Of a DNA stretch of 41,714 nt, positions 1 through 11,695 are shown in pieces. How positions within the stretch are numbered: the first letter of the stretch is position 1; every line of letters starts with the position of its first letter. The stretch spans positions 1-41,714 of the forward strand of contig JABJQI010000180.1 of the NCBI GenBank assembly GCA_018663485.1, in the 5' to 3' direction. The translations under genes and the position numbers were made by a program. The notes beneath the pieces were generated by a model. That model was given only the letters and a program-made list of their open reading frames with translations, made no database searches and was not told where the DNA came from. The DNA comes from Opitutia bacterium. Lineage in GTDB: Bacteria; Verrucomicrobiota; Verrucomicrobiia; Opitutales; Coraliomargaritaceae.

Positions 1-194
<194 letters not shown>

Positions 195-346
195 AAAAAT
201 AGGGATGAATGATGTTAGGAATGAATATGGCTAGATCCTATTCTTCTAGCAACTGTTTCTCTGTTATCTTTTAGGGTTGCGAGCCCCGCTCTGAGCGATT
301 CTTCTGGAACTTTCTACTCCACCCTAGCTATCCATATTTAGTATTT

Positions 347-3300
347 ATGTATCTCAAAGAGATCGTCATCAGTGGCTTTAAGAGTTTTGCCGATCGCACG
401 CGTCTCGATCTGCGCCGTGGAGTAACTGCCGTCGTAGGTCCGAATGGTTGTGGTAAGAGTAACATCGTTGATGCGATTCGTTGGGTGCTGGGCGAGCAGA
501 GTGCCAAAGCGCTGCGTGGTGCGTCCATGCAGGACGTCATCTTTGAGGGCACCGATAAGCGCAAAGGCCTGCCTACCTGCGAGGTCTCGCTGACGTTTAC
601 TGATTGCGAAGCCGAACTTGGTACTGCTTTTAATGAGGTCGAGATCGCTCGCCGCGTCACGCGCGATGGCGGCAGTGATTACTATATCAATGGCAAGGTC
701 TCACGCCTAAAGGACATCCAACGCTTGTTTGCGAACACTGGGGTAGGGCGTGTGTCTTACTCGTTCATGCTGCAGGGGCAGATCGATCAGATCTTATCCA
801 CTAATCCCGGCGAGCGCCGCACTATTTTTGAAGAGGCTGCGGGTATTACACTCTATAAAGCGCAACGCAAAGAGGCGCTTAGTAAGCTCTCGTTGGTCGA
901 TGCCAATCTCGCCCGTGTCACCGACGTGATTGAGGAGGTCAGCCGTCAAATCGGCTCATTGAAGCGTCAAGCAAGCAAAGCATTACGCTATCAGCGTATT
1001 AAGCATCGCTTGACTCACTTAGATTTGGCCTTCAGTTCCTATCGCTTTACCGCCTTACAAAGCTCGATTGATGACGTCGCTGCGCGTGCGAATGAGCTGC
1101 GTAAAAAGCTGGAGACGCACACCGAATCGATGGCAGCCGATGAAGCAGCACTGGCGACCCAAAAAAACGCTCGTGCCGAGTTGTACGACAACATGCAGGA
1201 ACTGCAGCAGCGCGTGTTCAATCTGCGCTCCGAGAAGGAGAACTCCGAGAATCAGGCCGAGTTTTCTGGTATCCGCATGAAGGACCTCGAAGCGCGTATC
1301 GCAGAATACCAAAAAGAGATTAAAGGCCTCGAAGCGCAGCAAAACGAACTAGCCGCGCGTGCGCGCAGCGAGTCCGAAAATAAGCAGCTTCAGATCGACG
1401 TGGTGGATGACTCGGACCGTACCTTTCGAGATCGTAATTCCGAGTTGGTCAATTCTCAAGAGCAACTTGGCGAGATGGGAGCGCAACTACAACAGCGCCG
1501 CCAAGCCCTGTTACATGCAGAGAACCGCATCAACCGCGCGCGTTCTCGTTGTACCACGCTTGAAGTCGATTTAAAGACCTATCAGGTTAAACACGCCGCA
1601 TTGACGGAGGCACTTTTGACTTTGAAAGAAGAAGTGGTCATTCTGGAAAAAGGCCATGCCGACGTTCAACGATTACTGGCAAAGCGTCGCGAGGAGCAAC
1701 AACTCAGTGAGGGTGTACTAGAGAAAGCCCGGATCGACTCAAAGGCCATTCTCCAGCAGTTCCGCACCATGCAGGAACAGATTCAAGAGCAGGACCGAGG
1801 CATTGCACGAAAGACGGCGCAACTCAATGTGCTTGAGGACTTGCAGGCCAAGTTCGAAGGATTCGGCGAAGGTGCGAAGGCAATTCTCGGCGATAAACTT
1901 GGCGATATCGTGGCGAAAGACAGCGTGTCGATTATTTCCAAAGAGTTAAAAGTGCAGCCCACTTACACTGGAGCTCTGGAGACGCTCCTCGGCCAGGCCG
2001 CGGAAGCGTTATACATTGGTGACCCGAAACAAGCGCTCACCGTGATCGATAAGCTCGGTACTGAACAACTTGGACGTGCTTGCTTGCAGGTCAACCTTGA
2101 GGCCGGCTACAGTAAGCTGCCAGGCGTAAAGCTGCCAGATGGAATCGTGTCAGCCACCTCAGTCGTGCTTGCGCGGGATTCCAAACTCAGTGAGGCCGTG
2201 ACACGTTTGCTGGCCAATTGCTATTTTGCGGAAAGCCTAGAGCAATTCGTTCGATTTTGGAAGGCGCACCCGGAGTTTAACTTTCTGCTGGTAGCGACTC
2301 AAAATGGTGAAATGATTGATTGCCGTGGTTTGATTCATGGCGGACGAACCTCTGGCAAGAAGTCCTCGAGTGTGATTGAGCGCGAATCTGATATTCGTAA
2401 GCCTCGTAGCGAAATCGACACTGAGCGTAAGGCGCTCAATACTTTGCGCCAACAATCCACGACTTTGGAAGATCAGCGGCATGTGGCTGAAGCGTCGGTT
2501 GAGGAGCAGCGGCAACGCCTGAGTGAACTGGCTAGTGAAGTGTCTGGGCTTGTCGCGGAAGAGCGCAACCAAGGGCAGAAAGTTGAGCACAATGCTCGTT
2601 CGCATCATAAGAGTGAGGATGAACTGGAACAACTGGACGCGCATCACAGTGATTCTGTGCAAGACCTCGAAGAATCGAAGCAAGAGCTCGTGGAAGCCGA
2701 CAAAGGCTTGCTTGAGGAGCGTCAGAGTGGCACCGATTTAGAAGATGCCATTGCACATGCCCGTGAGGCTCGCGATCAAAAACGCGAAGCATTGGCGGAT
2801 GTGCGACTTGAATTGGCAGAGAAGAAGCAGCGCCTCGAATCTGTCGATCGTGTACTTGGAGAAGTGCAACGTGAGACCGCGAGTTTGCAAAATCGCATCA
2901 TTCGTCGTAGCCAAGAAATTAATACGATTAATGAGCAGATCTCGCAACTCAAGGGCAGCGGCGCTCGCGAGCGCGAAAAGAGTTTCGAGTTGGAAAAGAC
3001 TTTAACTATGGCCGCTGGCCAGTTGTCAGAAGACCGTGCCGCGATCAAAGAAATGGATGCGATGATTGCTGGAATTGATAGCGGGCTTTCTGGGCGTCGC
3101 AATGAAGGTCGAACTTTTGATCAAGAGATGACTCGTCTTGAGATTCGCCTCGCTGAAGAGCGATCGCAAATTGGTTTTGTCGAAAGTACTACTCAGGATG
3201 AGTATCAGATCGAACTGAAACGCGTCGACTGGAAGGCTGAACTGTGGGAGGGTAATGTTGAGTTTGATAAACGCGTAAATCTGGACGATTTAGACGACCC

Positions 3301-4075
3301 CGATAAGCTCGCCGCACAGCCGAAGCATGAGCGCCGTGACCCGACCGAAGAAGAACTTGCGGAGATGGATGCGACCAATTGCAGCTTGATCGAAGAAGAA
3401 GTGTCTGAGTTGAAGAGCCGTATTGCGAATATGGGGCCAGTGAATCTCGATGCGATCAGTGAATATACGGATTTGAAAGAACGGCATGATTTCCTCAAAA
3501 ATCAGAGTGAAGACCTGTGGAATGCAAAAAATACATTAGTCAAAAGTATCGATGAAATCAATGAGACGTCGCAAAAGTTATTTCGCGATACCTTTGATCA
3601 AGTGCGTAAGAATTTTTCTTTCACGTATGAGAAGATTTCTGGTGGTGGTGAGTCTGACCTTATTTTAGTTGATTCCGATGATCCACTCGAGTCGGGGATT
3701 GATATCATCGCGCGTCCTCCGGGAACTCGCTTGAAAAGCGTGACACTCTTGTCAGGTGGTCAACGTACTATGGCTGCCGTGGCATTACTGTTTGCGATCT
3801 ACATGGTCAAGCCCAGCCCGTTTTGTGTGTTGGATGAGATAGATGCCGCGCTCGACGATGCTAATATCGGCCGCTTCTGTGAGACGCTGCATGGCTTTAC
3901 TGACAAGTCGCAGTTCTTGATCGTTACGCACAATAAGCGTACAATCTCTAACGCTGATACGGTATTCGGTGTGACGATGCCAGAGAAGGGTGTATCGAAG
4001 TTGCTCTCAATGCGCTTCAATAAGGACACCAATCGCCCTGACCTAGTGGGCATCGACAATTCGCAGCCGTTTTAA
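347..4075 (+). CDS. smc: Chromosome segregation protein SMC
   Basis: GFKSF, Walker A GPNGCGKSN, long coiled coils with central hinge, GPVN, signature LSGGQR, Walker B/D-loop LDEIDAALD; 1242 aa. Confidence 0.98.
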   Translation: MYLKEIVISGFKSFADRTRLDLRRGVTAVVGPNGCGKSNIVDAIRWVLGEQSAKALRGASMQDVIFEGTDKRKGLPTCEVSLTFTDCEAELGTAFNEVEIARRVTRDGGSDYYINGKVSRLKDIQRLFANTGVGRVSYSFMLQGQIDQILSTNPGERRTIFEEAAGITLYKAQRKEALSKLSLVDANLARVTDVIEEVSRQIGSLKRQASKALRYQRIKHRLTHLDLAFSSYRFTALQSSIDDVAARANELRKKLETHTESMAADEAALATQKNARAELYDNMQELQQRVFNLRSEKENSENQAEFSGIRMKDLEARIAEYQKEIKGLEAQQNELAARARSESENKQLQIDVVDDSDRTFRDRNSELVNSQEQLGEMGAQLQQRRQALLHAENRINRARSRCTTLEVDLKTYQVKHAALTEALLTLKEEVVILEKGHADVQRLLAKRREEQQLSEGVLEKARIDSKAILQQFRTMQEQIQEQDRGIARKTAQLNVLEDLQAKFEGFGEGAKAILGDKLGDIVAKDSVSIISKELKVQPTYTGALETLLGQAAEALYIGDPKQALTVIDKLGTEQLGRACLQVNLEAGYSKLPGVKLPDGIVSATSVVLARDSKLSEAVTRLLANCYFAESLEQFVRFWKAHPEFNFLLVATQNGEMIDCRGLIHGGRTSGKKSSSVIERESDIRKPRSEIDTERKALNTLRQQSTTLEDQRHVAEASVEEQRQRLSELASEVSGLVAEERNQGQKVEHNARSHHKSEDELEQLDAHHSDSVQDLEESKQELVEADKGLLEERQSGTDLEDAIAHAREARDQKREALADVRLELAEKKQRLESVDRVLGEVQRETASLQNRIIRRSQEINTINEQISQLKGSGAREREKSFELEKTLTMAAGQLSEDRAAIKEMDAMIAGIDSGLSGRRNEGRTFDQEMTRLEIRLAEERSQIGFVESTTQDEYQIELKRVDWKAELWEGNVEFDKRVNLDDLDDPDKLAAQPKHERRDPTEEELAEMDATNCSLIEEEVSELKSRIANMGPVNLDAISEYTDLKERHDFLKNQSEDLWNAKNTLVKSIDEINETSQKLFRDTFDQVRKNFSFTYEKISGGGESDLILVDSDDPLESGIDIIARPPGTRLKSVTLLSGGQRTMAAVALLFAIYMVKPSPFCVLDEIDAALDDANIGRFCETLHGFTDKSQFLIVTHNKRTISNADTVFGVTMPEKGVSKLLSMRFNKDTNRPDLVGIDNSQPF

Positions 4076-4178
4076 GTAGAGTTTATTGCATGTAATTTTG
4101 GTATAATTCAGTCGCACAGTAACGAGTCGATTTGTAACAGTATTACCCGCATCCTGTTGGACTGCGTCGTATTGTTCG

Positions 4179-4973
4179 CTACTTCACATGCAATATACGT
4201 GAGCTGCTTTCGGAGAGTTGATTGGGCAGCGTATTCTTATTCGATTTCCAGCTATCCAAATTGTAGTGATTGTAGTGGATGACTTTATTTTTGTTGGGAT
4301 AGATGGTGATCGTGGGAGGGCGATAATAATAATTATTATACGGGGTCGTATAGCTGCGTAGTTGAAAGTTTGAGCGACGGCGTGCTGCGGTTTCATTGCG
4401 AAGTTTTTCGGTCTCGAGGCGTGCATCTGCGGCTTGCTTCTCGGCTTGAGCAACGCGGACCTCAAGTTCGGCAATTTTTTGTTGGTTCTTTAGTTCAGTT
4501 CGTTCGATTTCGTAGCCTTCCAGTGCGCGGGCGATTTCACCGGTAACATTTATCTCAGGGAAACGGACCTGAAAACTGCGCCAGTAGTCCACTCGATCTT
4601 TGGCGGGTAACGCAGCGAAGCGGCTGCTTTGTCTTTTATAGGCTTTGAGATCTATACCTTTTTTGAGCCGTGCGGCAGAGAGCTTTTCTTGTTCAATCAA
4701 CCAATCCGCACGCTCGTTTTTTAGCCGTTCTTGATCTGCGGCAAATTGTGCCTCACTCATCAGGTCGATGTCTGATATCTTCTCATCACGGAGAGTGACT
4801 TCGCCGTGTGGGTAAAGTAACAGGGTTTTATCTCGGAGTTCGATGATTCCGATCGGGGTGCCGAGTGCTGCGATGGTTTGTTCGAGGCTCTGTCCCACTT
4901 CAATTTTCGAGTGTGCGCTGGATAGCAATGCTAGAAACAGTGGGATGATGGCGAGTCGGGATGGCTTCATCAT
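4179..4973 (-). CDS. Hypothetical secreted protein with coiled coil
   Basis: 264 aa ORF with signal-peptide-like N-terminus (LAIIPLFLALLSSAHS), central coiled coil and Tyr/Asn-rich tail; family not recognised. Confidence 0.75.
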   Translation of the reverse strand: MMKPSRLAIIPLFLALLSSAHSKIEVGQSLEQTIAALGTPIGIIELRDKTLLLYPHGEVTLRDEKISDIDLMSEAQFAADQERLKNERADWLIEQEKLSAARLKKGIDLKAYKRQSSRFAALPAKDRVDYWRSFQVRFPEINVTGEIARALEGYEIERTELKNQQKIAELEVRVAQAEKQAADARLETEKLRNETAARRRSNFQLRSYTTPYNNYYYRPPTITIYPNKNKVIHYNHYNLDSWKSNKNTLPNQLSESSSRILHVK

Positions 4974-5118
4974 AATAAAAAAATAGGCTGAAATGCGAAA
5001 ATGGCAAATACGTGTTTACTGATCACTTTGATTGGCGTGTCAGCGCGTTCCGAAGGCATGGTCTCGTTCAGCAGACGGTACTTCGGCTGTCAGCGTCCGC
5101 TGGATCGAGCGGTTTGTT

Positions 5119-6042
5119 TCAGGGCTCATCATCTACGGGGCCGTTGAGTAGAATCCAAGTCAGTGCCAAGCAGCTCCAGTAGGTAATGGTTCCGACGATT
5201 TCGTGCATCACGTGGTAGTGATTCATCATAGATGGTGCTAATAGTACGATGATAAGAATACGCAGTGTGTTAAATACAAAGCCCAAGGTGATGCCCGAGA
5301 GTAGATTAAGGGCAGTGTCGATCGGACCGAGTCTGCGGTAAATTGCTAGTAGCACCGAGAGGAGTAAGCTGGTTAAAATAACGCCGAACCCATTGCATTC
5401 GGAAGCGACATGAAACGGGTGCTGGTTGACGATGAGTATAAGCTGGGGCGGTGTCGTGGCGGTGCTGCCTTGCATGCCGAGTTCGACTGTCTTGCCTATC
5501 GCACTCAATGCCATACCGCTCCATTGACCCGCGAGGGTGCGTAGCGGCCAATCGAGCGGTGTCATCAATATGCTTAGTAGGATGAACGCGCAGAACGTGC
5601 CAGTTGCAGAATAAGTGATGCGGCGCACGCTTTTGCCTAAGATGAAGAGCACCACGGATGCGATGCCGAAGCAATAGGCCGGGATTGCGATGAGTGAGCT
5701 GATCAGGTAGACCAGCTCAGACGAGGGCGGAATTGCTTGGCGCAAAATAACACAGAGTGATAACAGTGCATAGGATGCCACCAGTGTGTTACGGGCGCTC
5801 TTGTTGAGAGTGAGTGGTTCCTCGACTTTTATCCGATTATACAGGACGAGCAAAAAGATCGCCATGGCCAGTACGATTAGGGCGTGTAAAATACGACTCT
5901 GCTCATTCGCGTTTTCGGCGACCCAAAGTGTGATCGGCAGAAAGGCGCCCCCGAGACAGGCATACAATATGCTATTAATCCAAAAATCTGCTTGCGTGCG
6001 CTTTTCCTTAAGACTGGCGAAGATCTGCTGACGTTTGGACAT
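5119..6042 (-). CDS. Exosortase/archaeosortase family protein
   Basis: Multi-TM protein with catalytic triad motifs: Cys in HVASECNG, Arg in FNTLRI, His in HEIVG. Start placed at ATG 6042 (MSKRQQ). Confidence 0.88.
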   Translation of the reverse strand: MSKRQQIFASLKEKRTQADFWINSILYACLGGAFLPITLWVAENANEQSRILHALIVLAMAIFLLVLYNRIKVEEPLTLNKSARNTLVASYALLSLCVILRQAIPPSSELVYLISSLIAIPAYCFGIASVVLFILGKSVRRITYSATGTFCAFILLSILMTPLDWPLRTLAGQWSGMALSAIGKTVELGMQGSTATTPPQLILIVNQHPFHVASECNGFGVILTSLLLSVLLAIYRRLGPIDTALNLLSGITLGFVFNTLRILIIVLLAPSMMNHYHVMHEIVGTITYWSCLALTWILLNGPVDDEP

Positions 6043-6133
6043 GTAAGAAGAGCTTGGACTTTGCGTACTGATTGACAAGGCTATCAATCCATTGACGTGT
6101 TAGAAGAAACCTACTGAAGATGAGCGGCTTCCC

Positions 6134-7012
6134 TTACGATTTATGAATGGCTGGTATGCCACGCAGCAAATTGAGGGTCGCGAGGCCGTAGACCTGTTCG
6201 GAAACCTCTCCGAAGTCACCTTTGGCGCGAGTGAGTGCTTGGATTTGTGGGTGCGCGTTGGCGGGGCAGAGGACTCGGTGAAAAGCCTCAAAGACGGTAA
6301 TGTCATTGAGATAATCTCCCACTGCGAGGGCTTGGTCGAGGTCTAGCTGCAGGTGTGCGGTTAGTAGGTGAATGCCGTCTAGTTTATGGATTCCCGGTAA
6401 GATATCGATGTAGTTGTCTGATCGTAAAAAGAGTAGTGGGTGGATGTGTTCTGGAGCGAGCTGGGCGCGGGCAATCGTTTTGATATGTCGAAGCAATGCC
6501 TCGCCATCAACTCCCTTAGGGATTCGGAAAGATAGGTTGGCTTCTTTATTAACTGGTGGGAGTGGAGTCTGGTAGTGTGCCTCGAGCAGCGCCATTCCAT
6601 GGTCTCGATACCAGTCGAAAAGAATTTGAATATGCTCTAGATTTTGGTAGCGAGTGACTAAGTCATTCAAGCCGTTAGCAGCCGCTATTTGTGCACAGTC
6701 CAAATAGGCGTCGTGCTGACGATCATAGAGCGCGCAGGCATGCTCCACTAAAAAGTAGCGCGCCTTTGGCGAAGTAAAATGTTTGGCAAGGTGGCGCACC
6801 AAGCCCCACGGCCGACCTGTGTTTATTACGAAATGCTCGACTGAAGACTGGTTCAATGCGGAATTGATCGCATCCAGCATGGAAATCTGGTTGTCCGACG
6901 GCTTCCAGTCTTCAGTGACTCCAAAGGCTTCGCCGTCTACTGGATTGAGACAGCCATCGATGTCTTGAAAAATGATTTTGATATTAGGATTCGTCACGTT
7001 GTGAACAATCAT
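6134..7012 (-). CDS. HAD-superfamily hydrolase (Cof/subclass IIB-like)
   Basis: Motif I DIDG, motif II INTGR, motif III Lys (HKLDG), motif IV GDYLND, followed by PANA. Confidence 0.88.
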   Translation of the reverse strand: MIVHNVTNPNIKIIFQDIDGCLNPVDGEAFGVTEDWKPSDNQISMLDAINSALNQSSVEHFVINTGRPWGLVRHLAKHFTSPKARYFLVEHACALYDRQHDAYLDCAQIAAANGLNDLVTRYQNLEHIQILFDWYRDHGMALLEAHYQTPLPPVNKEANLSFRIPKGVDGEALLRHIKTIARAQLAPEHIHPLLFLRSDNYIDILPGIHKLDGIHLLTAHLQLDLDQALAVGDYLNDITVFEAFHRVLCPANAHPQIQALTRAKGDFGEVSEQVYGLATLNLLRGIPAIHKS

Positions 7013-7045
7013 TTCGAGCTAGGATTTGAGTGCGAGCCTTATGCT

Positions 7046-7054
7046 TTATTCACA
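7046..7054 (+). promoter_or_regulatory. Possible DnaA box TTATTCACA
   Basis: Matches TTWTNCACA; intergenic, about 35 bp upstream of the HAD gene. Confidence 0.3.
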
Positions 7055-7152
7055 GAAGAACCGTAGAACTCGTGAGTCAATTGACACAGGAGCCCGTGGT
7101 ATATTAATTGAATGGTTTGGGGCGCTCGATATTGGTACCAGCGCAATGTGAT

Positions 7153-10100
7153 CTAAAACTTTTTCTTGCTGCGCTCCCATGGGCGGCGGTCGTCAATTGC
7201 TTGCACGGCGATCGATTGAATGCGCACGCCAGCCAGTGCAGGATGGCGCCGTAGCTCTTTATAGTTGGTGCCAGTAATAGTGAAGGTGAGCGACTGTGCG
7301 GTTTCGGTTTCGACGATTTGATCGTCGATCAAAAAGCTCAGATTCACGCGGGTGGAGCCGTATTCAATATCAATCATCTCGCGAAATTTATCGATGAAGT
7401 CCGTCGCGTTTTTTTCGTGAGGGTGCAGGATGAAGTTGATGCGCTGAATGATGCGTGGGATCGATTGCTCCAGGTCGAATACCTCGTGTGCGGTGAGACT
7501 CATCTCGCCGTTGCGGCGACTGATCTGGCCGTGAATCAGTGCCAGTTTACCGTCTTCCAGACGAGCGCCGTTTTTCTCGTACGGGTCGGGAAACATGATC
7601 ATCTCGTAATTGTGCGTGGCCGTGGCAAGATTGAAGACGGCCATCTGGCGACTGTCTTTACGAGTGTATTTAATCTGCAAATTACTGATGATACCCCCGA
7701 GTCGGTAAGTCGTGCGATCGTCAAAACTTACTAGGTCTTCTGGCTTGGCGAAAGTGTCGATAACGGTGTCGAGTCCAGCGTAGGCATCCATCGGGTGCCC
7801 TGATATATAGAAGCCGAGCAGCTCTTTCTCGTAGCGCAACTTCTCGGTCATCGGCATCGTTGGCACGGTCTTGCGCGATGGTCCGCTCTTGTGCTGCGAG
7901 TCATTCGCAGTGTCAACCTCGCTCATCATGTCGAACAGCGAACTTTGCCCAGCTTCGCGGTCGCGGCGTGTATTCTCGGCTTCGGCTAGTTCGGAGTCGA
8001 GGCAATCGAGCAGGGTGGCGCGGTCTTCGCCGAAAGAATCGAAGCCGCCGGTCTTGATCAGTGCCTCAATTACGCGTCGGTTCACCGCTTTGTCGGCTGA
8101 GCGAATGATGAAGTCGGTGAAGTCCTCGTAATCACCGTTGGCGTCGCGTTCGTTGATGATCACGATGGAAGCGCCTTCGCCCACGCCCTTCATCGCTGCC
8201 ATGCCGAAGCGGATGCTGCCCTGGTCGCCTTCGATAATTGGCGTGAAGTCGCTGCCTGAGTGGTTGATGTCCGGGCTGAGTACTGGCACGTTCATCGCAT
8301 TACACTCTGCAAGAATGTTCGAGATCTTATCGGAGTTGCCTTGCTCGGAAGTGAGCACCGCGGCCATGAACTCGACTGGGTAGTTCGCTTTAAGATAGGC
8401 GGTTCGATAGCTGAGCATCGCATACGCGGCGGAATGCGATTTGTTAAAGCCGTATTGCGCAAATTTTTCCAGCAACGCGAAGATCGAAGTGGCCGTTTTA
8501 GCGTCAATCTTATTGGTCTTGCGTGCTCCGTCGATGAACACCTGCTTCTGCGCGTCCATCACCGACTTAATCTTCTTACCCATCGCGCGGCGAAGAATAT
8601 CCGCGCCGCCAAGTGTGTAGCCGGCGATGATCTGTGCGGACTGCATTACTTGTTCTTGATAAACTAATACACCGTAGGTTTCTTCCACCAGTTCCTTAAG
8701 AAGTGGATGCGGGATCTGCACGGTGGACGGATCTTTCTTGCCCTCAATGAATTGAGGTATGAACTGCATAGGTCCTGGACGATAGAGTGCGATCAATGCA
8801 ATGATCTCTTCAAACGAACTCAGCCCAATCTGTCGGCAAAGTTGCTGCATTCCGCCAGACTCCAGCTGGAAAACGGCGGTTGTGCGGCCACTGTTGAGCA
8901 GATCAAAAGTGGCTTGATCATCGAGCGGCACGGTCTCGATATTAAACTCTGGCATTGAGCGGGTAGTGCGCACATTGGTCTGTGCATCATCGATCACAGT
9001 TAAGGTCTTGAGCCCCAAAAAGTCCATCTTCAGTAACCCAAGGTCCTCGGACGGACCCTTCGGATACTGTGTGGTCAGGTCACCTTCCTGTAGAGTCACT
9101 GGAACAAGATTCGTGATGTCTTGGTCGGCGATGATGACGCCGCAGGCGTGCTTGCCAGTATTGCGAATCATGCCCTCGATTACGCGCCCCTGTTCGATGA
9201 TAATCTTTGCCACTGGGTTGTGTTTGATCTCAGTCGCGAGCTCTGGGGATTTTTTGACCGAATCGTCGAGCGTAATGTTCAGCTCGTCGGGAATCATTTT
9301 CGCAATCTTATTGGCTTCGGCATATTCGAGCTCATTGACACGGGCGAGGTCACGCACGATCATCTTTGCGCCAAACGTGCCGAAGGTGATGATGTTTGCG
9401 ACGCGGTCTTTGCCGTATTTGTCGCGCACATAGTTCACCACTTGGTCGCGACGGCGCATGCAAAAATCGACGTCGAAGTCGGGTGGCGATACACGCTCTA
9501 AGTTCAGCATACGTTCAAATAGTAGGCCAAATTTAAGTGGGTCAATGTCGGTAATCTTCAGTACATAAGCCACGATGCAACCCGCACCCGAACCACGGCC
9601 CGGGCCCACTGGGATATCTTGCTTTCGCGCCCAGTCAATGAAGTCCCAAACAATCAGAAAGTAGTCGACGAAGCCCGTGCCGGTGATGATCGCCAGCTCG
9701 TATTCAAGTTGTTCGCAGTAGCGCTTGTCGTGGGCCGAGGCATTATCCCAGTCGGCGCGACAGGCGTCGTAGTCGGTGCCGTAACGATGCTGGAGTCCCT
9801 CTTTGCAGAGCTCAAACAGGTAGAGTCCATTGGTCTTGTGCTTGATGCGCTCGGCTTCACTTAGAGTGATTGGTTGGTGGCCATCGCGGATAAGGATGGT
9901 GTTTTTTTGCACTTCATAAATGTGCAGCACACGATCAAAGTTTTCGTGATCTTTACCTGAGTCGAGCTCGATCGGACGTTCGTAAATAGGATAATGGTCT
10001 TCGCCAAAAGGTAACTTGACCTCGCACATTTCGGCGACAGCAGAGGTGTTCGTGATTGACTCGGGGACCTCTTTAAAAGCGAGCTCCATCTCCATGCGCG

Positions 10101-10857
10101 ACTTGAGATAAAACTGATGTGAGTCGTAGCGCATGCGCTTCTCGTCCTTGATTTTGGCGCCGGTTTGGATGCAGAGCAGTGCGTCGTGCGGCTCCCAGTC
10201 GGTACTGTTGACGTAGTGCACGTCATTGGTGGCTACGACCTTGAGATTAAATTCTTCGGCAATCTTCAACAAGCCTGGAATGATGCGGCGCTGTTCTTCA
10301 ATGCCGTGGTCCATAATCTCGATAATAAAGAATTCCTTGCCAAAAATATCAACAAACTGAGCGGCCGCATCCCGGGCGTTATCATATTCGTCCTTTAGTA
10401 GGAATTGGGGGATCACGCCTGCCAAGCAACCTGAGAATCCGATCAGGCCTTCACTGTGTAGTGCGAGGGTCTTCATGTCGGTGCGCGGGTTTCGGTAGAA
10501 ACCTTCGGTGTGCGCTTGCGAGACGATTTTGCAAAGATTTTGATAGCCTGTGAAATTACGCGCGAGCAAGCCCATGTGATGTGACTTTTGCTTGGCGCGC
10601 AATTCGTTGACTGTGGCGAGCTCTTGTTCGTAGATGAGATAGACTTCACAGCCGAGCAGAGGCTTAATGCCGTGCTTCTCGGCTTGCTTGAAAAAGCTGG
10701 TCAGCCCGTAGAGCACGCCGTGGTCGGTGATCGACAGCGCCTTCATTCCGAGCTCCGCCGCACGTGAGCAGAGTTTGTCCGTACGCGAGCAACCATCTAA
10801 CAGACTGTGGTCAGTGTGAACGTGAAGGTGGACGAATTCGCGGTCTTTTTCGGACAT
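7153..10857 (-). CDS. dnaE: DNA polymerase III subunit alpha
   Basis: PHP domain [24 protein letters not shown], catalytic [37 protein letters not shown]-terminal OB fold. Confidence 0.98.
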   Translation of the reverse strand: MSEKDREFVHLHVHTDHSLLDGCSRTDKLCSRAAELGMKALSITDHGVLYGLTSFFKQAEKHGIKPLLGCEVYLIYEQELATVNELRAKQKSHHMGLLARNFTGYQNLCKIVSQAHTEGFYRNPRTDMKTLALHSEGLIGFSGCLAGVIPQFLLKDEYDNARDAAAQFVDIFGKEFFIIEIMDHGIEEQRRIIPGLLKIAEEFNLKVVATNDVHYVNSTDWEPHDALLCIQTGAKIKDEKRMRYDSHQFYLKSRMEMELAFKEVPESITNTSAVAEMCEVKLPFGEDHYPIYERPIELDSGKDHENFDRVLHIYEVQKNTILIRDGHQPITLSEAERIKHKTNGLYLFELCKEGLQHRYGTDYDACRADWDNASAHDKRYCEQLEYELAIITGTGFVDYFLIVWDFIDWARKQDIPVGPGRGSGAGCIVAYVLKITDIDPLKFGLLFERMLNLERVSPPDFDVDFCMRRRDQVVNYVRDKYGKDRVANIITFGTFGAKMIVRDLARVNELEYAEANKIAKMIPDELNITLDDSVKKSPELATEIKHNPVAKIIIEQGRVIEGMIRNTGKHACGVIIADQDITNLVPVTLQEGDLTTQYPKGPSEDLGLLKMDFLGLKTLTVIDDAQTNVRTTRSMPEFNIETVPLDDQATFDLLNSGRTTAVFQLESGGMQQLCRQIGLSSFEEIIALIALYRPGPMQFIPQFIEGKKDPSTVQIPHPLLKELVEETYGVLVYQEQVMQSAQIIAGYTLGGADILRRAMGKKIKSVMDAQKQVFIDGARKTNKIDAKTATSIFALLEKFAQYGFNKSHSAAYAMLSYRTAYLKANYPVEFMAAVLTSEQGNSDKISNILAECNAMNVPVLSPDINHSGSDFTPIIEGDQGSIRFGMAAMKGVGEGASIVIINERDANGDYEDFTDFIIRSADKAVNRRVIEALIKTGGFDSFGEDRATLLDCLDSELAEAENTRRDREAGQSSLFDMMSEVDTANDSQHKSGPSRKTVPTMPMTEKLRYEKELLGFYISGHPMDAYAGLDTVIDTFAKPEDLVSFDDRTTYRLGGIISNLQIKYTRKDSRQMAVFNLATATHNYEMIMFPDPYEKNGARLEDGKLALIHGQISRRNGEMSLTAHEVFDLEQSIPRIIQRINFILHPHEKNATDFIDKFREMIDIEYGSTRVNLSFLIDDQIVETETAQSLTFTITGTNYKELRRHPALAGVRIQSIAVQAIDDRRPWERSKKKF

Positions 10858-10910
10858 GAGAGTGTAATACTGGCAAGCTGCCGCTAACTGTAAAAGTTAA
10901 AACGGAGAAC

Positions 10911-10919
10911 TTATTCACA
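10911..10919 (+). promoter_or_regulatory. Possible DnaA box TTATTCACA upstream of dnaE
   Basis: Matches TTWTNCACA, about 54 bp upstream of the dnaE start in the divergent promoter region. Confidence 0.35.
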
Positions 10920-10993
10920 GAGAAGGAAGTGTGGCCGCTTTTTAGTGTTTTATTTCGATTAAAGTTGTAATGAATTTGAGTCTGAACTGATGC

Positions 10994-11695
10994 ATGAGAG
11001 AAATGAAGCCTTACAATCAAGTTCAATCGAATCAATGGGTTATCGCACAGCGTTGGTCACATGTGCAGTTCCTGAGTTTTCGTTGTGATTTTGGGGCGAT
11101 TAGGAATCAGCTTCCTTCTGGCCTGAATCTGGATTTGTTCGATGGCTCTGCGTGGTTGAGTATCGTGCCTTTCTACATGTCGCATATTCGCTTTCCGGTA
11201 ACGCCTGCGTTGCCTTTTATTTCCCTGTGGGAGCTTAATTTACGCACATATGTGACTTATCGAGGGCGGCCTGGTGTGCTATTTTTGACCTTGGATACCG
11301 ACAGTCGCTTGGGGCAGTGGATTGCAACGCGCGTCTTTCATTTACCGTATCGAGTGCGGAAGATGAAGGGATCCGTGCAAGCTGGGCGCTATTCGTTTGC
11401 TGCGCCCAATTCATTTTCGATGGAATCTGAAGTTGGCGCATCGATTGCGGCAGATGCCTTGGATCGCTGGCTGGTCGAGCGCTATCATTTATATACGACT
11501 GACGGCACGTCGCTTTATCGCGGCGATGTCGTGCATGAGCCCTGGCGATTGAGGCAAGTCGGTGAGCTGCGTTGGCAGGACCAATTGTCCCCTCAGTTTG
11601 GCTTCGACTCGGCGATCGATCTGCGGGCGCGATATGCTGAGCCAATCGATGTGCGGTTTAAGCCTTTTGTGAAACTACCTGAAATTAAACGATGA
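10994..11695 (+). CDS. DUF2071 / YqjF family protein
   Basis: Q.W....FLS, LDLFDGSAWLSIVPFYM, ELNLRTYV, PGV.FLTLD, FHLPY, WLVERY, HEPW motifs. Confidence 0.9.
   Translation: MREMKPYNQVQSNQWVIAQRWSHVQFLSFRCDFGAIRNQLPSGLNLDLFDGSAWLSIVPFYMSHIRFPVTPALPFISLWELNLRTYVTYRGRPGVLFLTLDTDSRLGQWIATRVFHLPYRVRKMKGSVQAGRYSFAAPNSFSMESEVGASIAADALDRWLVERYHLYTTDGTSLYRGDVVHEPWRLRQVGELRWQDQLSPQFGFDSAIDLRARYAEPIDVRFKPFVKLPEIKR

Noticed and set aside
7081-7110. TTGACA...TATATT promoter antisense to dnaE
   Set aside because: Spacing is only 13 nt; not supportable without TSS data.
7153-10857. Intein or split dnaE
   Set aside because: Length is near normal, the reading frame is continuous and no intein splice motifs were seen.
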